From Eledone cirrhosa (lineage: Eukaryota): DNA of 64,000 bases. The DNA is taken from the NCBI GenBank assembly GCA_964016885.1, contig OZ024764.1:27280001-27344000 (forward strand). Reading direction: 5' to 3'. The notes beneath the pieces are model-generated. The model made no database searches. It had not been told where the DNA came from and saw only the letters and a program-made list of their open reading frames with translations. Shown here one piece after another: positions 11,680 through 24,427 of the stretch (position 1 is its first letter; each line of letters begins with the position of its first letter). The position numbers and the translations under genes were made by a program.

Positions 11680-13959
11680 TGGAAAACATTCAGACAGAGA
11701 AGAATGGATAATGAGCGTTGTAAGAGAAATTGGCCAACAATTAATATTAATGGAAATGTAGAAGAATTTCATATTAGTGATATGAATGTTTCGTGTGATC
11801 ACTGTGGAGCTTTGAAATTTAGAAATGAAAATTGTAACTGTTGTAATAAAGGAAAGGTTGTGTTGCCACCATTGCAAATATACCCTGAGAGACTGAGAAA
11901 TCTCTTTGAAAGAGGCCAGGAAGCAGTTGATTTCACAGAAACATCTGCAATTAAAACTACATTTATTTCACTTCATTTGGTGTTACCACCCGGCAGAGGC
12001 CCGTATAGCTTTCATATTCAGGGTCAAACATATCAATACACCCCCATCTCTGTAACCTGCAGAAAATACACCACAATATGGCCAGTTATATATTATTGAT
12101 GGGAATGAAAGTGTGTAGCACAGATTGGAAGTACAACCAAATAATTGTTTCTGGCACAAGGCCAGCAATTACTGGTACTTTATTCTATCGACCTCATAAG
12201 GATGAAAACAAAGTCAACCTTAGAGGGATTTGAACCCAGAACGTAAAGGGCCATAACCCTATGCTGCAAAGCATGGTGTCTGACGCTCTACCGATACTGC
12301 CAATCCACTGCCCTAGTACCAACAAATAATGACTGCTCACCACAAAAAATGGCTATGATAAGAGAGGTGTTGCATGAATGTTATCCATATGTCGAAGTGT
12401 ACAATACAATGCATGGCATCAAACAGCAAAGTTCTAGAAGAGAAAATTGTCGTGTACAGAACTGTGAATTAAGATTTAGAAGAGGATCAGATATGAGCTG
12501 CTATAATTTACCAACTAGTAATGATAGCTGTTGTTTTGTGGGGGATTGAGGGCACACCACCTGTACAAAGAGATATTATCATCTTTCCTAAAGACCATCC
12601 TCCTCAGAAAATACCACATAATTCATGCCACTTGGACCTCATGACCGACCGATAATGGTGAATTTTGGTGGCATAGTGACATGGAGAGGAATGCAGGACC
12701 TGTGTTTGCAATAGACTGACAATGCAGGAGTATTACATATACTGTATAGCATATAGAGGAGGATTTAGTGCGATATATAGGGCAGGTAAATTATTTTAGC
12801 AGTATTTAGTGGATGCCTATATGAAAGTAGAGGGATGCAGGCTTCAATATTTGAGGAACAATCAAGCCCAATTGTGAGTGGATGAGTATAATGGTTTAAT
12901 GAATTATCTAAACAGATGATAACACTGAGCCTTAAAAAATGAAGACAAGATATGAAACAGAGAAGACATTGACAGAATCGTGTCAGCAGAAATACCTGCA
13001 TTGGAAGATGATCCAGTACTACATGAGCAGGTTTAAAAGTTTATTATCCACAGGCCATGTGGTTCTGGAAACCCTTTTCCCCCATTTATACAAAATGGAT
13101 TTTTCCAAAAGAACTATCCAAAAACCTACAGAAGGGAAACATTATTGAACCTAAATGGATACCCAGAGTACAGGAGGTGCAAGACAGGAACTGCAGTGTA
13201 AATTGGATGACATTCAGTAGATAACAGGAATGTTGTGCCACTTAATGCCTTTTTGCTTAAGAAATATTGTGCACATATTAATGTTGAAGTTTGCGCTTCT
13301 GTAAAAAGTGTCAAGTACCTCTTTAAATATGTTACATGGGGCATGATTGTACATCTATAGAAGTAACGAATAATGCATTACCTAATGAGGCTCAGAACCA
13401 ACACAACCATGATGAAATAAGAACCTATCTTTGTTGCAGGTATGTGTCTCAGCCAGAAGCAGTGTTGTGTCTCTCAGAATTTAAGCTTCATGGTACATCA
13501 CATACAGTATACAGCCTAGCCACACACCTGGAGAACAAACAGAGTTTACTTTCAAAGAGGCAATGCTTACACCTTCTGGGATGCCGCCTCACTAACTCCA
13601 ATTAAAAGCAGGATCAATAATAATGCTTCTATGGAATATTTCAATCCAGAACAGATTATTTTATTGGCACAAGATTAGAAGTAGTGGAACTGCATAAACA
13701 TTTTATCGAAGCTTCTCATATCTATGGTCCTTTGATGGGCAGGTGTGTTTTGATCCGAAGACTGAAGTTAGTTCCCAGTGGTGCCAACATCCCTTTTACT
13801 TTGGAAAGACCCCAGTTTCCATTAAGACTGTCATATGCCATGACAATCAACAAGAACCATGGTCAAATACATGATAAAGTGGGTCTGTTCCTCCCTGAGC
13901 AAGTATTTAACCCTGGACAATTGTATGTTGCTTTTTCAAGAGTTCACAGACAGATGTAA
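11680..13959 (+). pseudogene. Decayed, internally deleted Helitron RepHel gene (copy 1)
   Basis: N-terminal CDHCGALKF..E..CCNKGKVVLPPL and PPGRGPYSFHIQGQ; QYLVDAYMKVEGCRL; GYPEYRR..DNRNVVP..HINVEVCASVKSVKYLFKYV; DEIRTYL..RYVS.PEA; Pif1-like C-terminus QFPLRLSYAMTINK..GQ..DKVGLFLPEQVF..GQLYVAFSRV. Many stops and frameshifts; the HUH motif region and most of the helicase appear deleted. Confidence 0.92.
12146..12314 (-). mobile_element. tRNA-derived SINE (octopus-type) inserted in the Helitron; same insertion at 21450-21618, 34061-34229, 50902-51070
   Basis: CTGGTACTTTATTCTATCGACC...GGATGAAA.CAAAGTCAACC...GATTTGAACCCAGAACG (B-box on the minus strand); flanked by a diverged ~16-bp duplication AGTACAACCAAATAAT / AGTACCAACAAATAAT. 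Confidence 0.8.
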
Positions 13960-14694
13960 AAATTAATCCTAGCAAACCCCCACCACTCCTACAACTGTTA
14001 GCTGTTAGACCACCCCCAGCACCACCCAACCTCCGTTCTAGTCCCACCGTTAGAACCAATGCTGCTTACCCTGCCTCTTTTACTAGTTCACTCCTTCGCT
14101 CGAATTTCAAAGCTGGCCCTCTACACTTGGTCGTGCTCTCTGTGTCCGCACTAGCCGGTACCTAAACACAATAAAATGTCACCTGTGCTACCAAAACTAC
14201 CACAGGAACTCTGTCGGCATCAGCAAGGCTCAAGCCGAAAGGCTTCAATACTAGACCTGTAATCAGGGCCACTTTACCTCCGACGACCAGCTTTCTACCG
14301 ATTGTGTGTTGATGGAGGGGACATGAGACCAGCAAAGTCCTAGGAGTAGAGACTAGTAAATAATAAACGGTCCTAGCTATGTTAAGAAGACAAGAGAAAT
14401 AAATATTTACCTCTTTCATGTAGGTAATATAGCGGTGTTATAAAAGTAATTATACGACCGGTGTAACAGTCGGTATAAATGAAAGATGTAGAAATGAAAG
14501 TTGCAACAATGACATGAATAAATATACAGTAATTTAATATGAGCAAGAATAAATATTTAATGGAATTAATTAAGTGTAATTTAATAAGAAATAAGAAATA
14601 AGTAAAACAGTAAAAGAAACAATAACAAACAAAATGGAGTCACATAAAATTTGGTTTATCTTTATAAAGCTTATTTTAAACGCGATTTTCCTTT

Positions 14695-14992
14695 TAAATC
14701 CGTAGCTCCGCTTACTAACCTTAGGGCTGTAACGTTACATGGTTCGAATCTTACACTCTTCTCTATAGTGCCACACGAGTTATCTCCTAGTCTTTTTATA
14801 TAGTTTCACTGTTTAGTGAAAGAGGGCGCTACGAACAGTTACTTATGTAGATGGGTGGTTAGCGATTCGGCTTACAAACATTAGCATCATGACGTTACAT
14901 GGGTTCGAACCCTTCCGGCGCCTCAATTTTTCAAATAGAGTTATCACCCATGGTTCTTTAGAGTTTCATTGCTTACTCGAAAGATGGCGCGG
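14695..14992 (+). mobile_element. Two diverged tandem copies of a tRNA-related (SINE-head-like) sequence
   Basis: B-box-like GGTTCGAATC and GGTTCGAACCC, each preceded by ACGTTACATG and followed by GAGTTATC...AGTTTCA.TG.TTA...GAAAGA.GGCGC; A-box-like GGTGGTTAGCG in the second copy. Confidence 0.45.
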
Positions 14993-15734
14993 GGATCATC
15001 TTTTACGATGAGTAGTAAGAGACAATAATACATGGAAGGAGGAGAAATAGAGAGAGATAGAAAGACGAATGTGTCACACACTCAATTCTCTCACCCTCTC
15101 TTTACTTTTATTACTCTATCTACCTCTACTTTCTCACCCTCTCTTTTCTTCTATTACACTTTCTTCCTCGTATTTCTCACCCTCTCTTTATTTCTATTAC
15201 TCTATCTACCTCATATTTCTCACCTTATCTTTACTTCTTTTATTCTTTCTTCTTTGTATTTCTCACCCTCTATCTATCTCTTATTTCTCATCTCTCTTTA
15301 CTTCTGACAGAGTGATAGATGTAAAGAGAAGGTGAGAAATAAGAGGTTGATAGATTTGGCTGTTATTTTTAACATTTTCTAATCATATGAGAGAGAGAGA
15401 GAGAGTATAAGATATATAGAGAGGGGGAAATCGCCGATGTTTACGTTGAGAAAACCTTATAAAATGTTATAAATGGGTTTATAAAGAACAGAATGAGATA
15501 AACAAGACAAAGACAGATAAAATAAAATCAGCGATTTATTTATAATATTTTAATATATTTTTCCTGGTCGTCTGCTTCCATTGATAGAGAGAGGAGTGGT
15601 GGGAGGTAGCCATAACAACCGTGGTAGCAACACTGTGGTTTTTAAAGAAGTGAATACAAGAAAAACTAAACAAGCAACAAATTTAATTTACTAAAATTAG
15701 TTTAAACATCTAAATCTTAAGAATATTAAATCTC

Positions 15735-15950
15735 TTACCCCTTTAGCATTCACATTACTCTATATATACTATTGTATTTTCACAGTAACGGCTTTATCTC
15801 ACATAATATCGAATCTATGAGATTTCGATATTATTTATTTTCAGAACAATACTTTAACATCAGTATGAGTGGTTAATTAGGGCTGGTTTGAACAGAAAGA
15901 GGTGAGAGAATTCTGGCCGGTTACAGCTGGTTTTAATGCTAAGGGGTTAA
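15735..15950. mobile_element. piggyBac-like MITE
   Basis: Terminal inverted repeats TTACCCCTTTAGCATT ... AATGCTAAGGGGTTAA, with TTAA on the right and a degenerate TTAC on the left; ~215 bp, non-coding. Confidence 0.7.
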
Positions 15951-15954
15951 GCCC

Positions 15955-18135
15955 TTCAAGATGTGTATGACGAGAAAGAAGCCGTTTTAGAATCGTATGA
16001 CATAGATAATAACTGGAATTTCTTATGTGACAACTTACTGCAGGCTGCTGAAGACACTTGTGGCTGGAGCAGAGCTCCGACCAGACAGAGAGTGACCTGG
16101 TGGTGGGACAACACGGTAGATAAGGCCATTAGAGACAAAAGACTAGCATGGAACACTTGGATAAATGGTGGGAGTAGAGACCGATGCACAGCCGCTAAGA
16201 AAGAAGCTAGACGTCAGGTGTACTTAGCACGCAGGGAGGCTGAGAATAGGAGGGTTGCCAATGTTCTGTGACGGGAAGATCAAAGACGTGCGGTGTTCCG
16301 CATTGCAAGCCAGTGTGTCAGTGTAAATCGGGATGTTGTTGGAGATAAATGTGTCCGGAATGATGCTGGTGTACTCAGTGTCAATAATGATCAGAAAAAG
16401 GAGGCCTGGAAATGCCATTATGAGAGGCTGATGAATGTAGAGAATGAATGGGAGAGAGAGAAACTACCCACATTTGACCGAACAGAGGGACCAGCTATTG
16501 AGATTGTTGACTATAGGGTCAAAGAGGCAATTAAAGAAAGGAAAAATGGTAAGGCAGCTGGACCATCAGGGATAGTTGCTGAGATGCTGAAGGCATGAGG
16601 AGAAGTAGGTACTAAACTGGTTGCAAGCATAATCAATCAAGCTATATATGGCGGAGTCATACCCAAAGACTGGTGCAGCAGTATTCTCATAAATTGCTAC
16701 AAAGGTAAAGGGGATGCTCTGGAGAGGATCAATTATAGAGGCAGAAAACTGATGGATCAGGTTATGAAAGTGGCAGAAAGGATATTAGAGCAACTAATTA
16801 GAGAAAGAGTCAAACTAGATGAGATGCAGTTTGGTTTTGTGCCTGGGAAAAGTACAACCGATGCCCTCTTCTTAAAGAAGAATAAGCCATTATACTTAGC
16901 TTTTGTTGACCTAGAGAAAGCCTTTGATAGTGTACCCCAGTCTGTCATCTGGTGATCCCTAAGGAAACTAGGTGTTGAGGAATGGCTTGTGAGGACAGTA
17001 CAAGCTTTGTACAGAGGTACTGTCTGTAAAGTGAGGGTAGGAATGGAGTTTAGTGAGGAATTCCAGATACAAGGAGGAGTCCATCAGAGTTCGGTCCTCA
17101 GCCCGCTCTTCTTCATTATAGTCCTCCAAGCCATAACAGAGGAGTTTAAGACTAGCTGCCCATGGGAACTTCTCTATACTGACAATCTGGTTTTTATAGC
17201 AGAATCAGTAGAGGAGCTAGAGAATAAATTCTGGCTATGGAAACAGCAGTTGGAATTAAGAGGACTGAGAGTGAACCCAGCTAAAACAAAAGTGTTGATA
17301 AGTAGAAAAAAGGACAAAACTCTGATGGCCATGTTCGATATGCAGAAAAGGAACTGGCATACATTCTATAAAATGTACACAATGCAGATCTTGGGTACAC
17401 ACGAGATGTAGTGGGATAGCAGGCAAACTAACAGGTAGGGAAAACTACGTTTGCAGTAGATGTACAGGGAAATTTGACAGTAGAAGTCGCATTGATAGAC
17501 ACATTTTTCAAATGCAAGTTGGTTCTATAAAAGTGGTTGATAGCTTCAGTACCTAGGTGATCAGATTAGTATGGGAGGGGGGGGGGTGTTCCGAGGCCAT
17601 AGTATCTAGAATAAGGATGGGCTGGAAGAAGTTTAGGGAGCTGCCTCCTCTGGTGACAAAGAGGGTTTCTCCCTGCATACAAAAGGTTGGTTGTTTGATG
17701 CCTGTGTGAGATGCACAATGTTGCATGGTAGTGAGACATGGGCAGCAACTGCAGAGGATATGCGAAGGCTGAAGAGAAATGAAGCAAGCATGCTCTATTG
17801 GATGTGCAATGTCAATGTGCGTGAAAGACCAAGCATGGACGAGTTGAGAGTGAAACTCTATAAGAAGGATAAACTGCAGTGTGCGGGAGAAAAGACTGCG
17901 TTGGTATGGCCATGCGATGCGTATGCAGGATTACCGCAGGGTGAAGAAGTGCCAAGTAATCCCAGTGGGAGGAATATGCAGTAGAGGAAGACCAAGGAAG
18001 ATATGGGCAGAGGTAGTGAGAGCTGACCTCAGATCGTTGAAGCTCAGAGGAGATGATGAAGGAGAGATGCTGCGCTGAAGAGGATCTGTCCCACCCTTAT
18101 AAGCAGGGAAAAGTGGATGTATAATGATGATGATA
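15955..18135 (+). mobile_element. 5'-truncated, inactivated RTE-clade LINE (reverse transcriptase pseudogene)
   Basis: KAAGPSGIVAEMLKA, KGKGDALE..NYRG, QFGFVPGKSTTDA, AFVDLEKAFDSVP, GVHQ.SVLSPL.F, LLYTDNLV (YADD decayed), HGSETWA, RLRWYGHAMRM, RGRPRK.W; ends in a (GAT)n tail at ~18124-18135; multiple stops and frameshifts. Confidence 0.92.
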
Positions 18136-18216
18136 TATATATATGTCCCACCCTTGCAAACAGGGAAAAGCAGACGTAAAATGAAAATGATGATATATAT
18201 ATAGATAGATAGATAG

Positions 18217-18269
<53 letters not shown>

Positions 18270-18624
18270 CTTATATGTCATGGTGGCTACAGGTGCCAAG
18301 AGGAAGAAGCCGGACAATCCTCTGATATTTGTTTATCTTCCTTTCCTTCGTGGGCCGCGGTACCCGGGTTTGTGGCCGAAGCGACCAAGTTGAAATCGGC
18401 CACCGGTGGTTGATATCACCAGGTTAGGAAACCCTGGTTTAGTCGCTCCAGTTATTACTTCGTTAGACATAGTCAGTAATTGAAATTAAAGCCTAAAGGT
18501 GTACTAAAGCCACAAACATTTTTCTATCTATGAATTATTAGTGGTGTAAACAGATGAATTAAAGTCAAAGCTAACAAATATATCACCAAGAAGAATATCT
18601 AAGGATTTCCAAAGTGTAAAGTCA

Positions 18625-18835
18625 GCTCAAGCCTGGAGACTTATCAAGCAGGTGCCTGTCCCAGTTCCTCTAGCGTAAAGGGACTGAGAGTACATGACTT
18701 CCCCCTGGACATGATGTCAGTCCATCGCAGGGTTAACCCCCCACCTATGTGAAATTAAGTTTTTGCTCAAGTAAAACAACTAACAACACGGTCCAGGAAT
18801 CGAATACACATATGATCGTAAGACCACGGGCCTCC
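18625..18835 (-). mobile_element. Degenerate SINE-like element
   Basis: CAGTCCATCGCAGGGTT, GTGAAATTAAGTTTTTGCTCAAG..ACAAC and CCAGGAATCGAA (reverse B-box-like) resemble common metazoan SINE segments. Confidence 0.5.
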
Positions 18836-19382
18836 ACTATCGAAGGATCTACCCTTCATTAAAGAATAAATTAGACTTATGCTTACATCGCCGACATAAT
18901 TATGGTCGGAAAGGACATTACTGAAAATAAGGAATGAACAACTAAAGGAAGACAGAAACGGTCCCTCCTATCTGAAATATTAAGGAAGGAATCTACACAG
19001 GAGGGCCCATCTTCCTACCAAAAGAATTATTTTAACAAGCCTACATCCTACTGAGCCAAAGAAAGGGGCCTCATAACTAGAACATGCTTCATTTGTCCTA
19101 AATACGGAGCTGACTTTACATATAATTATATATATGTATATATATATAGTATGTGTGTGTGTGTATGAAGATGTATGACCCCTAGCAAGCCAAACTACAG
19201 TTACTCCCCAACATGGATAGCAAATTAAAACATTACCTGTTAGAGACAAACGTGAAATGATTTGTTAGTGAACTACCGGTGTCACAGTAATTATGTTACC
19301 GGTGTAACTATTTCTGTTTACCTTATTTTTAAATCACACTCCTATATTAGTTTAGTGACCTTTCAATTCAAATAAATTCTTG

Positions 19383-19800
19383 ATGATGATTGAACTCGCA
19401 TCGGTGTAGCCCAACGCCTTGGCCTCCGCGTGTGTGAGCCACATAAATGCTCTCAACGACATAGTGAGAAGAAGCCTGGACGCAGCTGAATTTCCATCTC
19501 AACTGGAGCCAGCAGGCCTAGGCCGCGGAGATGGCAAGCACCCCGAGGGAATCACCCTCTTCCCATTCGAAGGAGGTAGATCCACAAACCCCAGCATCGC
19601 TGCCCGTCTCGCAGATGAACATAAAATAAACAAATTCCGGTGTTTGTCCTGGAGCCTCTTCTAAGCACCAGCCGCCGTCGAGACCCCGGGCCAACTTGGA
19701 CCCATTACAGCCGAGCTCCTCCGCAACATCGCAGTGTCTGTGGCCCGTCTGAGGATGGAGTCCCACGAGGTTGGATGCCTGTTGCAGCAGGTGTCACTGT
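19383..19800 (+). pseudogene. CRE-like non-LTR retrotransposon restriction-like endonuclease fragment; copies at ~26249-26666 and ~40726-41143
   Basis: RIGVAQRLGLRVCEPH ... ALNDIVRRSLDAAEFPSQLEPAGLGRGDGKHPEGITLFPFEGGRS ... AAVETPG ... QQVSLS resembles the LNDI.RAL...EP.GL.R.DGKRPDG.T..P motif; internally deleted. Confidence 0.75.
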
Positions 19801-19920
19801 CCTTACATATATATACGTAAATGTTCCCTTGACTGCTATTTCTAGCATATATTAATAGACACTTTAGAAACAGCAGCTAAAAATCAAGAAACAACAGTGT
19901 GTGTCTGTATATATATACAC

Positions 19921-19987
<67 letters not shown>

Positions 19988-20070
19988 AGCCAAAGACACG
20001 CACACACGCACATACACATACACACAGGTGTATGTCTGCGTGTATGTATATATATGTGTGTGTCTTTTCG

Positions 20071-20114
<44 letters not shown>

Positions 20115-20829
20115 CAGTGATCCCCCTCGCAACCTTTAATTAAACAAACCTGCGATGAGGCGATGATCAAAATAAACACCAAAGTGTAAACAAACAGCCC
20201 ATAGGTGCTGCCGGATACACGATAACATGTGTAGACGAAGTAAAACTTTTATTACTGTAATATAAAGTAGAAACCCTTTATTTAAACAAAGCTGCGTGGC
20301 AGCGATGATCAAAACAAACTTCAAAGTGTAAACAAACCTCTCGTAGGTGCGGCCAGATACACGCTAACATGTGTATACGAAGTGTAACAGGGAGTTGGGT
20401 CGTATTATATGACTTTCAAATTGACCCCTATTATATTCAAATTATCCCCTGTGGGGCGTGCACCCCACGTTGAGAATCCCTCATAAATAAATATATGTGA
20501 GTGTGTTGCTATGACTGCTATTTCTAGCAGGTTTACTGCAGTCCTGTAGACGCACAACAAAAACCGGAAGTGGCAGCCATTAAAAAACTTTGGCTTAAAA
20601 TCAGGCAAAAGTTTTTTAACAATTTGCCAAGAAAGATAACTCTTGTCTGACTTAATCGCAAAAATCGAGGCAAAAATTTTGCGGCTGTGCAGTTTGTTTG
20701 GTGTATTTGACTGCTATTTCTAGCATGTATGGACGTATGTACGGTATAGGTGTATTTATATTTAGGATAGTTATCAAAGGTAAATAGACTGGTTGGAGTA
20801 ATAACAGTCTTGTTTATGTATATACACAC

Positions 20830-20861
<32 letters not shown>

Positions 20862-20965
20862 GTTTGTTCTTGTATTTCTATAGAAAAGGTAAAGAAAAGA
20901 AGAATGCTCTATGTATTGTACAGAGCTATTTAATTACATAATAAACAACAGAATATAATTATTCC

Positions 20966-23320
20966 ATGCAAATAGACTTAGAATGGAAAACATTCAGACA
21001 GAGAAGAATGGATAATGAGCGTCATAAGAGAAATTGGCCAACAATTAATATTAATGGAAATCTAGAAGAATTTCATATTAGTGATATGAATGTTTCGTGT
21101 GATCACTGTGAAGCTTTGAAATTTAGAAATGAAAATTGTAACTGTTGTAATAAAGGAAAGGTTGTGTTGCCTCCATTGCAAATATACCCCGAGAGACTGA
21201 GAAATCTCTTTGAAAGAGGCCAGGAAGCAGTTGATTTCACAGAAACATCTGCAATTAAAACTACATTTATTTCACTTCATTTGGTGTTACCACCCGGCAG
21301 AGGCCCGTATAGCTTTCATATTCAGGGTCAAACATATCACTACACCCCCACCTCTGTAACCTGCAGAAAATACACCACAATATGGCCAGTTATATATTAT
21401 TGATGGGAACGAAGGTGTGTAGCACAGATTGGAAGTACAACCAAATAATTGTTTCTGGCACAAGGCCAGCAATTACTGGTACTTTATTCTATCGACCTAA
21501 TAAGGATGAAAACAAAGTCAACCTTGGAGGGATTTGAACCCAGAACGTAAAGGGCCATAACCCTATGCTGCAAAGCATGGTGTCTGACGCTCTACCGATA
21601 CTGCGAATCCACCGCCCTAGTACCAACAAATAATGACTGCTCACCACAAAAAATGGCTATGATAAGAGAGGTGTTGCATGAATGTTATCCATATGTCGAA
21701 GTGTACAATACAATGCATGGCATCAAACAGCAAAGTGCAAGAAGAGAAAATTGTCGTGTACAGAACTGTGAATTAAGATTTAGAAGAGGATCAGATATGA
21801 GCTGCTATAATTTACCAACTAGTAATGATAGCTGTTGTTTTGTGGGGTTTGAGGGCAGACCACCTGTACAAAGAGATATTATCATCTTTCCTAAAGACCA
21901 TCCTCCTCAGAAAATATCACATAATTCATGCCACTTGGACCTCATGACTGACCCATAATGGTGAATTTTGGTGGCATAGTGACATGGAGAGGAATGCAGG
22001 ACCTGTGTTTGCAATAGACTGACAATGCAGGAGTATTACATATACAGTATAGCATATAGAGGAGGATTTAGTGTGATATATAGGGCAGGTAAATTATTTT
22101 AGCAGTATTTAGTGGATGCCTATATGAAAGTAGAGGGATGCAGGCTTCTATATTTGAGGAACAATCAAGCCCAATTGTGAGTGGATGAGTATAATGGTTT
22201 AATGAATTATCTAAACAGATGATAACACTGAGCCTTAAAAAGTGAAGACAAGATAAGAAACAGAGAAGACATTGACAGAATCGTGTCAGCAGAAATACCT
22301 GCATTGGAAGATGATCCAGTACTACATGAGCAGGTTTAAAAGTTTATGATCCACAGGCCATGTGGTTCTGGAAACCCTTTTCCCCCATTTATACAAAATG
22401 GATTTTTCAAAAAGAACTATCCAAAAACCTACAGAAGGGAAACATTATTGAACCTAAATGGATACCCAGAGTACAGGAGGTGCAAGACAGGAACTGCAGT
22501 GTAAATTGGATGACATTCAGTAGATAACAGGAATGTTGTGCCATTTAATGCCTTTTTGATTAAGAAATATTGTGCACATATTAATGTTGAAGTTTGCGCT
22601 TCTGTAAAAAGTGTCAAGTACCTCTTTAAATATGTTACATGGGGCATGATTGTACATCTATAGAAGTAACGAATAATGCATTACCTAATGAGGCTCAGAA
22701 CCAACACAACCATGATGAAATAAGAACCTATCTTTGTTGCAGGTATGTGTCTCAGCCAGAAGCAGTGTCGTGTCTCTCGGAATTTAAGCTTCATGGTACA
22801 TCACATACAGTATACAGCCTAGTCACACACCTGGAGAACAAACAGAGTTTACTTTCAAAGAGGCAATGCTCAGGTTGTGGTAGAAATGCAGGGACCCTTG
22901 CTGCCTGGTTCAAGCTAAATGAACTTGCTTACACCTTCTGGGATGCCGCCTCACAAACTCCAATTATAAGCAGGATCAATAATAATGCTTCTATGGAATA
23001 TTTCAATCCAGAACAGATTATGTAATGGCACAAGATTAGAAGTAGTAGAACTGCATAAACATTTTATCAAAGCTTCTCATATCTATGGTCCTTTGATGGG
23101 CAGGTGTGTTTTGATCCCAAGACTGAAGTTATCCCCCAGTGGTGCCAACATCCCTTTTACTTTGGAAAGACCCCAGTTTCCATTAAGACTGTCATATGCC
23201 ATGACAATCAACAAGAACCATGGTCAAATACATGATAAAGTGGGTCTGTTCCTCCCTGAGCAAGTATTTAACCCTGGACAATTGTATGTTGCTTTTTCAA
23301 GAGTTCACAGACAGATGTAA
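20966..23320 (+). pseudogene. Decayed Helitron RepHel gene (copy 2, the most complete)
   Basis: Near-identical to 11680-13959, with the same SINE and major deletions; retains LAAWFKLNE and LCNGTRL segments that are deleted or mutated in copy 1. Confidence 0.92.
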
Positions 23321-23891
23321 AAATTAATCCTAGCAAACCCCCACCACTCCTACAACTGTTAGCTGTTAGCCCACCCCAGCACCACCCAACCTCCGTTCTA
23401 GTCCCACCGTTAGAACCAATGCTGCTTACCCTGCCTCTTTTACTAGTTCACTCCGTCGCTCGAATTTCAAAGCTGGCCCTCTACACTTGGTCGTTGCCAG
23501 CTCACCACCTGGTTGTGCTCTCTGTGTCCGCACTAGCCGGTACCTAAACACAATAAAATGTCACCTGTGCTACCAAAACTACCACAGGAACTCTGTCGGC
23601 ATCAGCAAGGCTCAAGCCGAAAGGCTTCAATACTAGACCTGTAATCAGGGCCACTTTACCTCCGACGACCAGCTTTCTACCGAGTGTGTGTTGATGGAGG
23701 GGACATGAGACCAGCAAAGTCCTAGGAGTAGAGACTAGTAAATAATAAACGGTCCTAGCTATGTTAAGAATATATATAAGAAAAATGTTCTATACATTTA
23801 AGAAGACAAGAGAAATAAATATTTACCTCTTTCATGTAGGTAATATAGCGGTGTTATAAAAGTATAATAACTGATGCAGGTAGTTTGTTTC

Positions 23892-24315
23892 AAACTATAA
23901 CACATATAACCCTATCAGTGAAGTCCTTTAGTATAGGTCAACTGGGAAACGATAACACATATAACCCTATCAGTGAAGTCCTTTAGTATAGGTCAACTGG
24001 GAAACTATAACACATATAACCCTATCAGTGAAGTCCTTTAGTATAGGTCAACTGGGAAACTATAACACATATAACCCTATCAGTGAAGCCCTCTGGGAAA
24101 CTATAACACATATAACTCTATCAGTGAAGCCCTTTAGTATAGGTCAACTGGGAAACTATAACACATATAACCCTATCAGTGAAGTCCTTTAGTATAGGTC
24201 AACTGGGAAACTATAACACATATAACCCTATCAGTGAAGTCCTTTAGTATAGGTCAACTGGGAAATTATAACACATATAACCCTATCAGTGAAGTCCTTT
24301 AGTATAGGTCAACTA
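23892..24315 (+). repeat. 55-bp minisatellite (~8 units, one 41-bp variant)
   Basis: Unit ATAACACATATAACCCTATCAGTGAAGTCCTTTAGTATAGGTCAACTGGGAAACT; starts at 23897 and 23952 give a period of 55. Confidence 0.95.
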
Positions 24316-24328
24316 ACAGAAGTATTAA

Positions 24329-24380
24329 GGTGGGCTCGATTGTGGCCCGCGGGCCGCCTGTTGCACGCCCCTCCTTTAGA
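24329..24380 (+). mobile_element. hAT-like right terminus remnant; longer copy at ~38797-38871
   Basis: GGCCCGCGGGCCGCCTGTTGCACGCCCCT followed by CTTTAGAC resembles a Charlie-type subterminal palindrome plus an 8-bp target. Confidence 0.5.
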
Positions 24381-24427
24381 CAGAATATCTATCACAGTTA
24401 AGTAATACTGTGATCTGTCGGCCAACT

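Noticed and set aside
14225-14275. AAGCCGAAAGGCTT GNRA hairpin as a ribozyme or Helitron 3' terminator
   Set aside because: No hammerhead (CTGANGA...GAAA) or HDV core, and the spacing to the nearby CTAG alone is not enough to call a terminus.
14850-14925. Functional tRNA gene
   Set aside because: A/B-box-like motifs are present, but I could not build a convincing cloverleaf; better explained as a SINE head.
15963-18078. Active LINE or functional reverse transcriptase
   Set aside because: 5'-truncated, with many stops and frameshifts, and the catalytic YADD is changed to YTDN.
19897-20143. ORFs of YIYI/ERER/CVCV type here and at 26.8, 28.0 and 41.2 kb
   Set aside because: Dinucleotide microsatellite translations.
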